Source of the DNA: Gammaproteobacteria bacterium
Lineage (GTDB): Bacteria; Pseudomonadota; Gammaproteobacteria; UBA4575
Length of the DNA: 64,000 nucleotides
Direction of reading: 5' to 3'
Assembly: GCA_965243395.1 (NCBI GenBank)
Contig: CBDEUS010000001.1
Location: forward strand, 736,001-800,000
Positions 29,360-39,738 of this stretch are shown in pieces. The notes below the pieces were generated by a model that saw only the letters and a program-made list of their open reading frames with translations, ran no database searches and was not told the DNA's origin. The position numbers were made by a program, and so were the translations under genes. Position 1 is the stretch's first letter. Each line of letters starts with the position of its first letter.

Positions 29360-30247
29360 TTGTACATGTTTTTATTAGCGAACATTTTACTTTTAAGTGG
29401 CATTTGTTTGTTTGCTGCTTCTTTGTTTGCAGTTCAGCAATTAATTAAAAAATTACCGCAAGGTGAAGTTCGAAATAATTGGAAAATTCTTTCTTTCTTT
29501 ATAGCGGGTTTTGCTGTTGGTTATGCAGCTTATATGTTTATGCTAATAACCGGTAAACTTGTCCTAGCTAGCATTAATTTCCCTGCCGTCTGTTTTGTAG
29601 TTTCGGCTTTTGTTCTATTGCTTTGTTTTCTAACTTATCAAACTACTAGAGATATTCGTTTAGCAATTGCTCTGGACCAGGCAAGCATCATTGATCCGGT
29701 TTTAGAGATTTATAATCGTCGTTATTTCGATCGTAGGATTGATGAAGAGACTCAACGTTCACGTAGATACAATCAGCCATTATCAATCATTCTTTTTGAG
29801 ATTGATCAGCTTCAATCGATTATTAACAATCAAGGTAGTTTGGTAGCTGACGTTGTGTTGCGCAAAGTAAGCGACTTTTTAGTTGGATCTGTTCGTTCAT
29901 CAGATATTGTTGCACGATATGATGACCACAAAATTGTAGTAGCAACTACGCAAACTGAGCCTGATATGGCCATTATGTTAGCGGATCGCTTGCGAGCAGA
30001 GGCTGAAAAGCTTGAAATACTACCTAACAGTGAACAAAAAGATTTAGATGCACTACATATTACTGTTACCGCGGGTGTATCTTGTGTAGAAGAAAGAATC
30101 AAAAACGGGTTTGATTTAATGGATGTAGCAGAAAAAGCTATTATGCGCGCGGATTCTAATGGACGTAATCGTGTATATGCTTATGATCCGTCTGACATTG
30201 TAGTGTCAGAGCAAACGGAGCAAACGATTGAGGCTGCTGCAGCATAA
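29360..30247 (+). CDS. membrane-anchored degenerate GGDEF protein (probable c-di-GMP receptor)
   Basis: Three TM helices; DPVLEIYNRR; I-site RSSD; active-site position reads YDDHKI; GRNRV; SD AGGGAG before TTG. Confidence 0.85.
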   Translation: MYMFLLANILLLSGICLFAASLFAVQQLIKKLPQGEVRNNWKILSFFIAGFAVGYAAYMFMLITGKLVLASINFPAVCFVVSAFVLLLCFLTYQTTRDIRLAIALDQASIIDPVLEIYNRRYFDRRIDEETQRSRRYNQPLSIILFEIDQLQSIINNQGSLVADVVLRKVSDFLVGSVRSSDIVARYDDHKIVVATTQTEPDMAIMLADRLRAEAEKLEILPNSEQKDLDALHITVTAGVSCVEERIKNGFDLMDVAEKAIMRADSNGRNRVYAYDPSDIVVSEQTEQTIEAAAA

Positions 30248-30402
30248 GTAAACATCTATAACTTCATTCACACCTTACTCGGCTGCTTCTAAATAGTTAG
30301 GCTAATACCGATTTTTCTTAGTCTTAAAGACTGTTTATCATCCCTAATTCTTTAACTTGCTTGCTATAATAAGCTGGCAATGTTGATTTGAGGGGTGTAG
30401 AG

Positions 30403-30654
30403 ATGACCAAGCTAGATCTATTACAGCTTTTAGGCTGGTGTTCACTGATTTATATCGCAATTTTGTTCCTATGGATCGCTATGCTTACTTGTTGTCGTGC
30501 GTGGATGTATCGTTTGCATGGCAGATGGCTTGCTATGTCTGAGGAAAAATTTAATCAAATACATTATGCGTTGATAGGTCTTTATAAGCTTATCATCATT
30601 GTCTTTTTTCTTGTGCCTTATATAGTGTTACGAGCACTCTCATCTGGTATTTAA
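30403..30654 (+). CDS. small membrane protein (DUF6868-like)
   Basis: LGWC..I...L..W......WMYRLHGRW...EE.F..IHY..IG.YK....F..VPY pattern. Confidence 0.7.
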   Translation: MTKLDLLQLLGWCSLIYIAILFLWIAMLTCCRAWMYRLHGRWLAMSEEKFNQIHYALIGLYKLIIIVFFLVPYIVLRALSSGI

Positions 30655-30655
30655 A

Positions 30656-30886
30656 ATGTTATTCAAGGGAATTATATTCACTCTAATATTTGTTTTGTTT
30701 ATATCGCGTTTAATCCCAAAATATATAGAGTTTCGTGAAACCAATATTGTGAATCTTCTCGGCGTAAATTGGGAAGGTAATACGGCATTATTAGTATTAT
30801 TTGGTGTTATGTTACTTGGAATTGCTGTTCTAGCAATTGCTTTGCAAAGTTTTTTTCTTTATTTTACTGGCACAAATAAAGAATAA
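30656..30886 (+). CDS. hypothetical two-TM membrane protein
   Basis: 76-aa ORF abutting the previous stop, two hydrophobic helices. Confidence 0.55.
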   Translation: MLFKGIIFTLIFVLFISRLIPKYIEFRETNIVNLLGVNWEGNTALLVLFGVMLLGIAVLAIALQSFFLYFTGTNKE

Positions 30887-30888
30887 AG

Positions 30889-31776
30889 TTAATCATCGAT
30901 TAAACGTTTAGATAAGTTTTGATACGCATCAATTCGACGGTCACGTAAGTAAGGCCATAGTTGTCGGGTTTGCTCTGTTTCGCTTAAATCTATTCTGCAA
31001 AATACAGTTTCAGCATTTGATGGGGATGCTTGTTTTATAACTTTACCTAGAGTATCGGTGATGAAAGACTGTCCCCAAAAATCTATACCTTTTGATTGAC
31101 CTGAAGGATCTTTTTCAAAACCCACTCTATTGGCACATATTAAAGGTAAATTATTCGCTATCGCATGGCTTTGTTGAATGGTTTGCCAGGCGTCGAATTG
31201 ACGCTGTTGTTCTACTTTATCATCGCCCGGGTCCCAGCCAATTGCGGAAGGATAAATTAGCAATTGAGCTCCCGCAAGTGCCATTAAACGCGCGGCTTCC
31301 GGAAACCATTGATCCCAACAAACAAGAACGCCTAGTTTTCCTATTGTGGTTTGGATCGGTGCAAAACCTTGATCACCAAATGCAAAGTAATATTTTTCAT
31401 AATAACCGGGATCGTCTGGAATATGCATTTTTCGATATGTACCTGCAAGACTACCATCACTATCCAGCACTACAGCAGTATTGTGATAGAGCCCTTCAGT
31501 ACGTTTTTCAAAAACAGAACCCACAATAACAACTTTATGTTGCTTAGCCGTCGTTGCTAAAAGATTTGTTAGAGGGCCTGGAATAGGTTGCGCCAAACTA
31601 AAATGATGTGTGGATTCTTCCTGGCAAAAATACAAACTACTATGTAATTCACATAGAATAACTAAGTCTGCACCTTTTTTTGCAGCAGCACTAATTTGAC
31701 CGAGACTATAATCTACATTTTGTTGGTAATCCGAGCTCATTTCTTGTTGAACTAGTGCTACATTGATAGAGCTCAT
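30889..31776 (-). CDS. aguB: N-carbamoylputrescine amidohydrolase (CN hydrolase)
   Basis: YRKMHIPDDPGYYEKYYF, VCWDQWFPEAAR; coupled to agmatine deiminase. Confidence 0.9.
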   Translation of the reverse strand: MSSINVALVQQEMSSDYQQNVDYSLGQISAAAKKGADLVILCELHSSLYFCQEESTHHFSLAQPIPGPLTNLLATTAKQHKVVIVGSVFEKRTEGLYHNTAVVLDSDGSLAGTYRKMHIPDDPGYYEKYYFAFGDQGFAPIQTTIGKLGVLVCWDQWFPEAARLMALAGAQLLIYPSAIGWDPGDDKVEQQRQFDAWQTIQQSHAIANNLPLICANRVGFEKDPSGQSKGIDFWGQSFITDTLGKVIKQASPSNAETVFCRIDLSETEQTRQLWPYLRDRRIDAYQNLSKRLIDD

Positions 31777-32819
31777 CTTAAAAATCCTTGAGGAATTTGC
31801 ATAGAAGTACAGTGTATCCCGCCATATTGTTGAATCAAAGTTGTACTTTCAATATCAATGATTTCTCGTGTTGGGAAACAATCATCAATGGTTTTTAGTG
31901 CGATATTGTCATGTTTATCATTAAAAACGGGCACGAATACATGCTGATTAGTAATTAAAAAATTCACATAGCTTGCAGGTAGCCTTGTATTATCATGTGA
32001 AATTGCTGAAGGTAAGGGAATTGGCACGAGCTCAAGGTTATTAACAAGTTGACGCTTAATTGAGTGTAACTGCTGCTTTAAATTAGTTAGTGCATCAAAA
32101 TTTTCATCAGAAGAGCTCGTAGTGGATGAATGTACAATAATATCATCTGCACAAAAGCGAGCTAAATTATCAATATGTCCATCTGTATCATCTCCTGTTA
32201 AGCGAATTTGATTGATCCAGAAAATATTTTTGCTGCCAAACCACCTTCTGAAGTTACTTTCTAAGGCTGATAAAGTTATATTATTAGGTGATCTACCACG
32301 TTTAAAACACTCGCTTGAGCTTAAAAGACAACCTTGATCGTTAACTTCAATATTTCCTGCTTCCAATACGAAATCAATATCTATCAATTCAGAATTTAAG
32401 TTTAGTTTTTCATGCAACGCATAATTGAAGACATTGTCTTTATCATATGGATACTTTTTTCCCCATGCATCAAATTTAAAATTTAATATCACATTTCCAG
32501 TTTCAGTTTTCACACACACGGGACCATAGTCACGCACCCAAGTATCATTGCTTGTTATTTCAATAAATAAAATATTGTCGCTAGTTATTCCATTGTTTGA
32601 TAAACATTTTTGTATATGACTAATGTGTTCTTGGTCATACGCAATTAACATTATTTTCTGTTGCTCGCAGATATAGCGGCTAAGCTCGACGTATGTTATT
32701 TCAATTTTTTGCAGTAGGTTTTCATTGTTAGAATTTCCCCAGTCAGAATGAATATGAGGCCAAACAAGGATAACAGCATCTTGACGCACCCATTCGGGCG
32801 CGAGACGGTAAAAAGTCAC
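31773..32819 (-). CDS. aguA: agmatine deiminase family protein
   Basis: PEW...WPH..SDW, NDTWVRDYGP, DDTDGHID, PASYVNF, GGIHCTSMQ. Confidence 0.92.
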   Translation of the reverse strand: MTFYRLAPEWVRQDAVILVWPHIHSDWGNSNNENLLQKIEITYVELSRYICEQQKIMLIAYDQEHISHIQKCLSNNGITSDNILFIEITSNDTWVRDYGPVCVKTETGNVILNFKFDAWGKKYPYDKDNVFNYALHEKLNLNSELIDIDFVLEAGNIEVNDQGCLLSSSECFKRGRSPNNITLSALESNFRRWFGSKNIFWINQIRLTGDDTDGHIDNLARFCADDIIVHSSTTSSSDENFDALTNLKQQLHSIKRQLVNNLELVPIPLPSAISHDNTRLPASYVNFLITNQHVFVPVFNDKHDNIALKTIDDCFPTREIIDIESTTLIQQYGGIHCTSMQIPQGFLR

Positions 32820-32876
32820 GGTTTTTTAATAAAGCTTTTTAGATAAGCTTTATTTTGCGAGTAGATTCTTTATGAA

Positions 32877-33155
32877 TCAATGAGCAACTGAGTGGATAAC
32901 AATATTATTTTCAAAGAAAACAGAATAATTACTATAGTTCCAGCGATAAATTGCGGGTTGTCCCACCGGGCCCTCTTTAGAAGATGGCTGACCAAATTTA
33001 GATTCTACCTGCGTCTTTGAGAGTCCTCGATGCGGCATACTAGAATTTATTACCACTTGTGCGGCACTACCAGGTGTCTTCACTACCTGAGCATTTACCT
33101 GTAAGGTGCTAATGGCAAGGAAAAAGGTGATTAATGAACTAATAAATATGCGCAT
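32877..33155 (-). CDS. small exported protein, SmpA/BamE-like fold
   Basis: Signal peptide from MRIFISS; RGLSKTQVESKFGQP...VGQPAIYRWNY...VFFE...VIHSV. Confidence 0.7.
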   Translation of the reverse strand: MRIFISSLITFFLAISTLQVNAQVVKTPGSAAQVVINSSMPHRGLSKTQVESKFGQPSSKEGPVGQPAIYRWNYSNYSVFFENNIVIHSVAH

Positions 33156-33383
33156 AGATCTAAGGTCCTGATTAAGCTTTGTTAGATCATAACACTGACA
33201 AATATTCACGGAAACGTAAGTCAGAGGCATGCACGATAATTGTTGAGTTTTTACAGACTAAGGGTTATTAGGATACTGCCGCAAGTGCTAACACTAAGTT
33301 TAAACAGGCATTTAATTCCATATATTTCAATATATTGCATTATTTACTTAAACTGTTTTAATTCAATTTAAAAATCACACTTA

Positions 33384-34631
33384 ATGTTCAGGCCTCTCGA
33401 ATTATTCATCGGTTCCCGGTATTTACGAGCTAAACGTCGTAATCATTTTATTTCTTTTATTTCATTCATTTCTGTTTTCAGTCTTGCACTTGGAATCACT
33501 CTAATCATCACTGTTTTATCTGTGATGAATGGTTTTCAGTTCGAAATTAAGGATCGAATTCTTAGTATGACTGCTCATGCCACGGTGTTAGAGCTTGATG
33601 GGAAATTAAGTGATTGGAAGAAGGTTGAGGATGAGCTTAAAGATCAGCCCGAAATAAAAGGTTCTGCTCCATATGTGCAAGGCCAAGGAATGATTGTGCA
33701 TGGTAAGCAAGTGACTGGAGCCATGTTAAACGGAATTGATCCGCAACTTGAAAGCAAAGTATCTAGAATTGGTGAACACCTTCAGAATGTGCAATTGGAT
33801 GTACTTAATCCTGGTGAGTTTGGCGTCTTGTTGGGTGCTGATTTAGCGAACTACTTGGGAGTGGATGTGGGTGAAAAGATTACCGTTATTACACCGGAAG
33901 CTACGGTAACACCGGCCGGAATTGTTCCTAAATTTAGAAGATTCACTGTTATGGGCACTTATTCGGTGGGTATGCCGCAATATGATCGCAATACAGCAGC
34001 TATTCATATTGAAGATGCAAAACGTTTGTTTCGTTTAGGTGATTCGGTTACTGGCTTACGATTAAAATTTGAAGATTTGTTTGATGCACAAGAAATTACT
34101 TATCAACTTCGTAATATACTAGGAGGCACCTACTGGGTAACAGATTGGTCCTACCATAATAGGAATTTTTTTCGTGCATTAAAAATGGAAAAAACAATGA
34201 TGTTTATTATAACGATCATCATTGTTTTCGTTGCTGCATTTAATATCATTTCAATGTTAGTGATGGTGGTTACGGAGAAACAAAGTGATATAGCAATCAT
34301 GCGGACTTTGGGTGTTTCGCCAAAAAGCATAATGGGAATTTTTATTGTGCAAGGAACTGTAATCGGCTTGGTGGGAACTCTTTTAGGTGCGTTGGGCGGA
34401 GTGTTGCTCGCTTCTAATCTAGAAGCTTTGGTTCGTTTAGTTGAAAAAATTCGTGGCGCGAAGTTTCTTTCACCAGACATTTATCCAATTAGTGATTTCC
34501 CATCAGACGTGGTTCCAAGTGAAGTTATCGCTATTTGTATGATTGCTTTTATTATTACAGTACTTGCAACAATTTATCCAGCGTGGAAAGCAGCACGTAC
34601 TCAACCGGCTGAAGCCTTAAGATATGAATGA
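33384..34631 (+). CDS. lolE: lipoprotein-releasing ABC permease LolC/E
   Basis: MFRPLELFIGSRYLRAKRRNHFISFIS, SVMNGF, ATIYPAWKAARTQPAEALRYE. Confidence 0.93.
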   Translation: MFRPLELFIGSRYLRAKRRNHFISFISFISVFSLALGITLIITVLSVMNGFQFEIKDRILSMTAHATVLELDGKLSDWKKVEDELKDQPEIKGSAPYVQGQGMIVHGKQVTGAMLNGIDPQLESKVSRIGEHLQNVQLDVLNPGEFGVLLGADLANYLGVDVGEKITVITPEATVTPAGIVPKFRRFTVMGTYSVGMPQYDRNTAAIHIEDAKRLFRLGDSVTGLRLKFEDLFDAQEITYQLRNILGGTYWVTDWSYHNRNFFRALKMEKTMMFIITIIIVFVAAFNIISMLVMVVTEKQSDIAIMRTLGVSPKSIMGIFIVQGTVIGLVGTLLGALGGVLLASNLEALVRLVEKIRGAKFLSPDIYPISDFPSDVVPSEVIAICMIAFIITVLATIYPAWKAARTQPAEALRYE

Positions 34632-34643
34632 GGTTGTGCATTT

Positions 34644-35318
34644 ATGAGCATCGTCCTGCAATGTGAAAATTTAGCCAAAACTTATGATACAGGCCCGATG
34701 CCTGTGGAAGTGCTGAAAAACATTGATTTCAGTGTCGAAGAGAAAAGTAGAGTGGCCATTGTAGGTGCGTCGGGTAGTGGTAAAAGCACGCTCATGCATC
34801 TTCTTGGAGGCTTGGATATTCCAACTGAAGGCATGGTAAAAGTCTGTGGCAAAGACATGTCTGCTTTATCTGACAAGGCAAGAGGTGATTTACGCAATCA
34901 ATCTTTAGGGTTTATATACCAATTTCACCATTTACTTCCAGAATTTAACGCACTAGAAAATGTTGCGATGCCTTTATTACTGCGTGATGGTTCAGTAGAA
35001 GAGGCTAGTGATAAAGCTAAAGAGATGTTATCAAAAGTAGGATTAGCGAATCGAGTAATGCACAAACCCGCCGAATTGTCGGGTGGCGAAAGACAACGCG
35101 TAGCTATTGCAAGAGCGTTAGTAACACATCCAAAGGTAATTTTGGCGGATGAGCCAACAGGTAATCTTGATCGTAAAAATGCAGTACAAGTGCAAAATGA
35201 AATGTTAGAGCTTAATAGTGAACTGAAGACGGCGATCGTCATTGTTACTCATGATTCGAGTGTAGCGAAGTCTATGGATGAAATTTACACTTTAGAAGAT
35301 GGAATTCTTGAGCGCTGA
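34644..35318 (+). CDS. lolD: lipoprotein-releasing ABC ATPase
   Basis: GASGSGKSTL..LLGGLD, GFIYQFHHLLPEF, LSGGERQR. Confidence 0.96.
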   Translation: MSIVLQCENLAKTYDTGPMPVEVLKNIDFSVEEKSRVAIVGASGSGKSTLMHLLGGLDIPTEGMVKVCGKDMSALSDKARGDLRNQSLGFIYQFHHLLPEFNALENVAMPLLLRDGSVEEASDKAKEMLSKVGLANRVMHKPAELSGGERQRVAIARALVTHPKVILADEPTGNLDRKNAVQVQNEMLELNSELKTAIVIVTHDSSVAKSMDEIYTLEDGILER

Positions 35319-35467
35319 TAGTGCAAACTCACAATTAACTACCATCGAGTTTAAATTGTGCAGTCTATAACCAGAAAATGCCTGTTTAAAAATATTTTGG
35401 ATTCGATATAATCGAATTTATCAATTATTCGAAACTTTATTCCTAATAAAATAGTCATAATCCCTAA

Positions 35468-35686
35468 ATGAGCGAAGAATATGAAAACTTAGATGGGGAA
35501 GATACTGTCATTTTGAATCGACAAGGTTGGAATTTTGTGACTTCATATAAATCCAGAGAGGGTGGCACGGGCTCAACGGCATATAACTCAGCGCTAGAAA
35601 AAGCTCATACCATTGAGCGGCCTACAGGAATTCGCACTCTAGCTGATGGTAATTACACCATATTCGAAGTTTGGGAAAAATGGTAA
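35468..35686 (+). CDS. hypothetical 72-aa protein
   Basis: ATG ORF filling the lolD-DUF2062 gap, protein-like composition; no family recognised. Confidence 0.5.
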   Translation: MSEEYENLDGEDTVILNRQGWNFVTSYKSREGGTGSTAYNSALEKAHTIERPTGIRTLADGNYTIFEVWEKW

Positions 35687-35721
35687 AGCTATAGAATTAA
35701 TTAAGCTCAATAAACTTTAAA

Positions 35722-36240
35722 TTACTTCTTCTGTTTACGTAGTTTTCTTTTATTCCAGAAAGAAACTACACGAATACGCCATAAAATTCTTACCACAATA
35801 AAGCCAAATAACCCGGCTGTGGTTCCAGCAAACAAACAGCCGACTAAAAAGGGCTTCCAGCGCTCGCGTAATTCCGTAAATAACCAATTTAAACTTAATT
35901 CAAAATCAAACGGGCCTAAATGTGTGTCTGTTAAAAATGCTCCTATTTTATATGCCATAAAAAACAAAGCTGGCATGGTGATAGGGTTAGTGATCCAGAC
36001 TAATACAACAGATATGGGAAGATTGCACCTGAAGATAATGGCAAGGCCAGCTGCTAAAACCATTTGAAACGGAATTGGAATGAATGCGCAGAACAATCCA
36101 ATAGCACATGCACCGGCCACAGAGCGTCTGCGCATATGCCATAAGTTCTGATCATGGATAAATTCGCCAAAAATACTAAATGATTTTTCATCCTTAAAGT
36201 TTTGTTTGGAGAAAAACTTTTTTAGAAAATTTTTTGGCAT
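35722..36240 (-). CDS. DUF2062 membrane protein
   Basis: LWHMRRRSVAGACAIGLFCAFIPIPFQM, WITNPITMP; usual neighbour of comEC. Confidence 0.9.
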   Translation of the reverse strand: MPKNFLKKFFSKQNFKDEKSFSIFGEFIHDQNLWHMRRRSVAGACAIGLFCAFIPIPFQMVLAAGLAIIFRCNLPISVVLVWITNPITMPALFFMAYKIGAFLTDTHLGPFDFELSLNWLFTELRERWKPFLVGCLFAGTTAGLFGFIVVRILWRIRVVSFWNKRKLRKQKK

Positions 36241-36316
36241 ATAGCTTTATATCGGCAACTAGCTTGTTTAATTAAGTTAGAATATAAAATAATAATATCT
36301 GGTTGGTGTTACATAA

Positions 36317-38626
36317 ATGCTCAAGGCCGCAACCGCATTTTTACTTGGCGTAGTTATTCTAACAGTGTTCACTACATTGCCGCATGTATATTGGGCCATC
36401 GGATTTGTGCCGGTAATCATAATTTACTATAAATATCCAAGTTTCAAATGGGCACTTTGTTTGCCACTAGGTTTCTTTTGGGCATTGCTTCATGCGTATA
36501 TTAATTTGTACCCTGAATTGGATAAGTCGCTTGAAGGTGAGGACCTGGAGGTATTGGGGAAAATTGTATCTATTCCAAATGTGCAAGAACGAAGCACAAG
36601 ATTTGAATTTGCCATTCATGCTGCACATAGAACTGGAATAAATGAGTCTCTAATATTACCTGAGAAGGTAAGATTAAACTGGTATGGCAATGTTCCTTTA
36701 TTGCAATTAGGTGAAATTTGGCAATTAAGAGTGCGTCTGAAGCGTCCTTGGGGTTTTGCTAATCCTGGGTCATTTGATTATGAAAAGTGGTTATTCGAAC
36801 ATAAAATTCGTGCCACAGGATATGTAAGAACAAAAGGCAATATATATAGAGTTAAAGAAACCAGCATCTTAAACCCCGGTTATTACTTCAGGGGTGCATT
36901 AAACAATAGACTTGATGCCAATGCTGACAAGCACTCTAACGTTATTAAAGCTTTAGTGTTGGGCGAACGCGGACAAATGGATTCTAGTCAATGGCAACTT
37001 TTAACACAAACTGGCACAAATCATTTATTGGCGATTTCAGGTCTGCATATAGGAATTGTGTCAGGCTTTGTTTATTTTATAGTTGTTTGGTTGTGGAAAT
37101 TCAGTGAAAAACTTTGTATACGGATTCCCGCTCAGCGCATAGCGGCAATTTTCGCAATACTAGCCGCAGTGTTTTATGCAATGCTTGCAGGTTTTTCTAT
37201 TCCCACTCAACGTGCCATGGTTATGGCAACGGTGGTATTTCTATCAATCTATACTATGCAATCTTTTCGTCCTTGGAATATTTTATCGCTTGCACTGTTG
37301 TGCGTATTAATACTAGACCCTTTTTCAGTCTTAGCTCCAGGGTTTTGGCTATCGTTTTTAGCTGTAGCCATTATTTTAATATCAGTAAGAGACAAAGCAG
37401 CATCAAAAGCTAGAGGCTTTCAAATTGCTAAAATGCAATTTGTATTAGCATTAGGGTTGTTGCCTGTAACATTGCTGTTTTTTCAGCATGCCTCTTTAGT
37501 TTCACCAGTGGCAAATTTATTTGCTGTGCCTTGGGTAAGTTGTTTGGTTGTACCATTCTCTCTTATAGGGTCATTGCTTTTATTTGTGAATGAATCACTT
37601 GGCTCATGGATATTAAATGTGGTGAATATTTCATTAGATGCCTTATGGTGGGTTTTAAGCGCATTGCAATACTTACCTTTTGCAAGTTTAAAACATGCTG
37701 TACCAGACTGGACATTGATACCGGCAGTATTTGGAATATTATTATTACTTGCTCCTAATGGATGGCCCAAAGCATTAAGTGTTGTGTTGCTGAGTCCATT
37801 AGTGTTTGCAAAACCTTTAGCAACGTTTGATACAGATCTTAAATTGTCTGTTTTAGATGTAGGACAGGGAACAGCTTTAGTCATACAAGTGGGTGGGAAT
37901 GTGTTGATATATGATACAGGTCCAAAATTCAGTAGCAGTTTTAATGCAGGTGAAGCTCTAGTAGCAAAGTACTTACGTGAAAAAGGATTGAGCAAAATAG
38001 ATAAATTAGTAATAAGTCATGGAGATAAAGATCATGCGGGAGGATTAGAAGGTTTGCTAGCTAATATTAAAGTCAAGCATATGATTGCAAACCAAACGGA
38101 TGGCTATCGACATGAGAATCTACAAGCATGTAGAGAAGGTATGAGTTGGATATGGAGCAGGGTTGAATTTAAGTTTTTGCATCCAAGCAGAAATATTGCT
38201 GATGGGAATATTGGAACTCTCTCAAAAAATAATAGTTCATGTGTATTACGCATTAGTCATCCTTCAGGGAGTATTTTATTAACTGGAGACATTGAACGTG
38301 CGGTGGAAAGGAGTTTAGTCAAACAAAAGCCGGAATTGTTAAATGTGGACATCTTAATCGCGCCGCACCATGGTAGTAATTCATCCTCAACCACGGCATT
38401 TATACAGGCCACTAGTCCAGATTATGTCGTATTTACCACTGGTTATAGAAACCCCTATGGTTTTCCCGATGAAAAAGTAGTATCACGCTATGAAAAGATT
38501 GGAAGCCACTTAGTAAATACAGCTATGCAGGGTATGATTAGTTTCAAAATTTCTGATAAAAATGGATTGCAATTACAGCCTGGATATCGTGAACTGCGAC
38601 AGCGCTTTTGGCACACTGAGCCCTAA
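36317..38626 (+). CDS. comEC: DNA internalisation competence protein ComEC/Rec2
   Basis: NPGSFDYEKW, HLLAISGLHIG, DVGQG, SHGDKDHAGG, PHHGS. Confidence 0.96.
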   Translation: MLKAATAFLLGVVILTVFTTLPHVYWAIGFVPVIIIYYKYPSFKWALCLPLGFFWALLHAYINLYPELDKSLEGEDLEVLGKIVSIPNVQERSTRFEFAIHAAHRTGINESLILPEKVRLNWYGNVPLLQLGEIWQLRVRLKRPWGFANPGSFDYEKWLFEHKIRATGYVRTKGNIYRVKETSILNPGYYFRGALNNRLDANADKHSNVIKALVLGERGQMDSSQWQLLTQTGTNHLLAISGLHIGIVSGFVYFIVVWLWKFSEKLCIRIPAQRIAAIFAILAAVFYAMLAGFSIPTQRAMVMATVVFLSIYTMQSFRPWNILSLALLCVLILDPFSVLAPGFWLSFLAVAIILISVRDKAASKARGFQIAKMQFVLALGLLPVTLLFFQHASLVSPVANLFAVPWVSCLVVPFSLIGSLLLFVNESLGSWILNVVNISLDALWWVLSALQYLPFASLKHAVPDWTLIPAVFGILLLLAPNGWPKALSVVLLSPLVFAKPLATFDTDLKLSVLDVGQGTALVIQVGGNVLIYDTGPKFSSSFNAGEALVAKYLREKGLSKIDKLVISHGDKDHAGGLEGLLANIKVKHMIANQTDGYRHENLQACREGMSWIWSRVEFKFLHPSRNIADGNIGTLSKNNSSCVLRISHPSGSILLTGDIERAVERSLVKQKPELLNVDILIAPHHGSNSSSTTAFIQATSPDYVVFTTGYRNPYGFPDEKVVSRYEKIGSHLVNTAMQGMISFKISDKNGLQLQPGYRELRQRFWHTEP

Positions 38627-38671
38627 ACTATAAATTCTAAATAAAAGTAAAATCTCAAGGAGTTACTCTAA

Positions 38672-39289
38672 GTGTATGAAATTGTGAAAGCCGGTGGTTG
38701 GTTAATGCTACCCATCATCGCTGCATCTATAGTTGCCTTGGCCATAATCATTGAGCGTTTTTGGACCTTGCAAAAAGAGCGTGTGGCACCGAAATATTTA
38801 GCGGCCAAAATTTGGCAATGGAGCAAAGAGGGGAAGCTAGATGAAAATCGTATTTTGCAAATAAGAAAAAGTTCTCCTCTAGGCAGGATTCTCGCTGCAG
38901 GTCTCCTTAATAAGAATTTTGATCGCGAAATTATGAAGGAAAGCATTGAAGAAACTGGACGCCATGTGGCTTATGAACTGCAACGCTTTTTGAACACCCT
39001 GGGTACTATTGCCGCTATTTCACCTTTGCTAGGGCTTTTGGGAACGGTTATTGGCATGATTCAAGTATTTAGTGTGATTACTAGTGTAGGTGTGGGTGAT
39101 CCAGGCGAGCTTGCGGGTGGAATTTCAAAAGCTTTGATTACTACAGCAGCAGGCTTGAGTGTTGCGATTCCAAGTTTAATCTTTGTGCGTTACTTTCGAA
39201 GGAAAGTAGATGGCTTGGTAGTCGGTATGGAAGAAGAAGCAATTAAATTGGTCGAAGTCATGCATGGACAGCGTAAAGCTCAATCCTAA
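38672..39289 (+). CDS. exbB: MotA/TolQ/ExbB proton channel
   Basis: LGTIAAISPLLGLLGTVIGMI, GISKALITTAAGL. Confidence 0.9.
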   Translation: MYEIVKAGGWLMLPIIAASIVALAIIIERFWTLQKERVAPKYLAAKIWQWSKEGKLDENRILQIRKSSPLGRILAAGLLNKNFDREIMKESIEETGRHVAYELQRFLNTLGTIAAISPLLGLLGTVIGMIQVFSVITSVGVGDPGELAGGISKALITTAAGLSVAIPSLIFVRYFRRKVDGLVVGMEEEAIKLVEVMHGQRKAQS

Positions 39290-39304
39290 ACATAAGTTTC
39301 CAAT

Positions 39305-39718
39305 ATGAATTTTACTCGTGCTGAAGAAGATCGTTTGGATGTAAACATTACGCCGTTAATCGATGTGGTGTTTTTGCTTTTGATATTTTTCATGGTGACC
39401 ACTACGTTCAATCAACAAGCGGAACTGCGCGTAGACTTACCCGAGGCATCTTCTGAGGAACAGGCATTAGATATTATTCCTATTGAAATTACTATTGACC
39501 CATCAGGCAACTATTTCGTTAATGGCCAAGGGCTTACCAATAATCAGGCCAATACGTTATATCAGTCATTACAGAAAATTGTTGGAGATGATAAAGAAAA
39601 AAGTGTCATAATTCGTGCTGATGCATCAACTCCTCATCAAGCAGTGATTACGGCAATGGATATGGTGTCAAAAGTAGGTGTTTCGAAATTACGGATCGCG
39701 ACTTCAAAACCTCAATAA
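39305..39718 (+). CDS. exbD: ExbD/TolR protein
   Basis: NITPLIDVVFLLLIFFMVTT, IRADA..PHQAV. Confidence 0.9.
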   Translation: MNFTRAEEDRLDVNITPLIDVVFLLLIFFMVTTTFNQQAELRVDLPEASSEEQALDIIPIEITIDPSGNYFVNGQGLTNNQANTLYQSLQKIVGDDKEKSVIIRADASTPHQAVITAMDMVSKVGVSKLRIATSKPQ

Positions 39719-39738
39719 CGAACTTCATTACATCTTCA

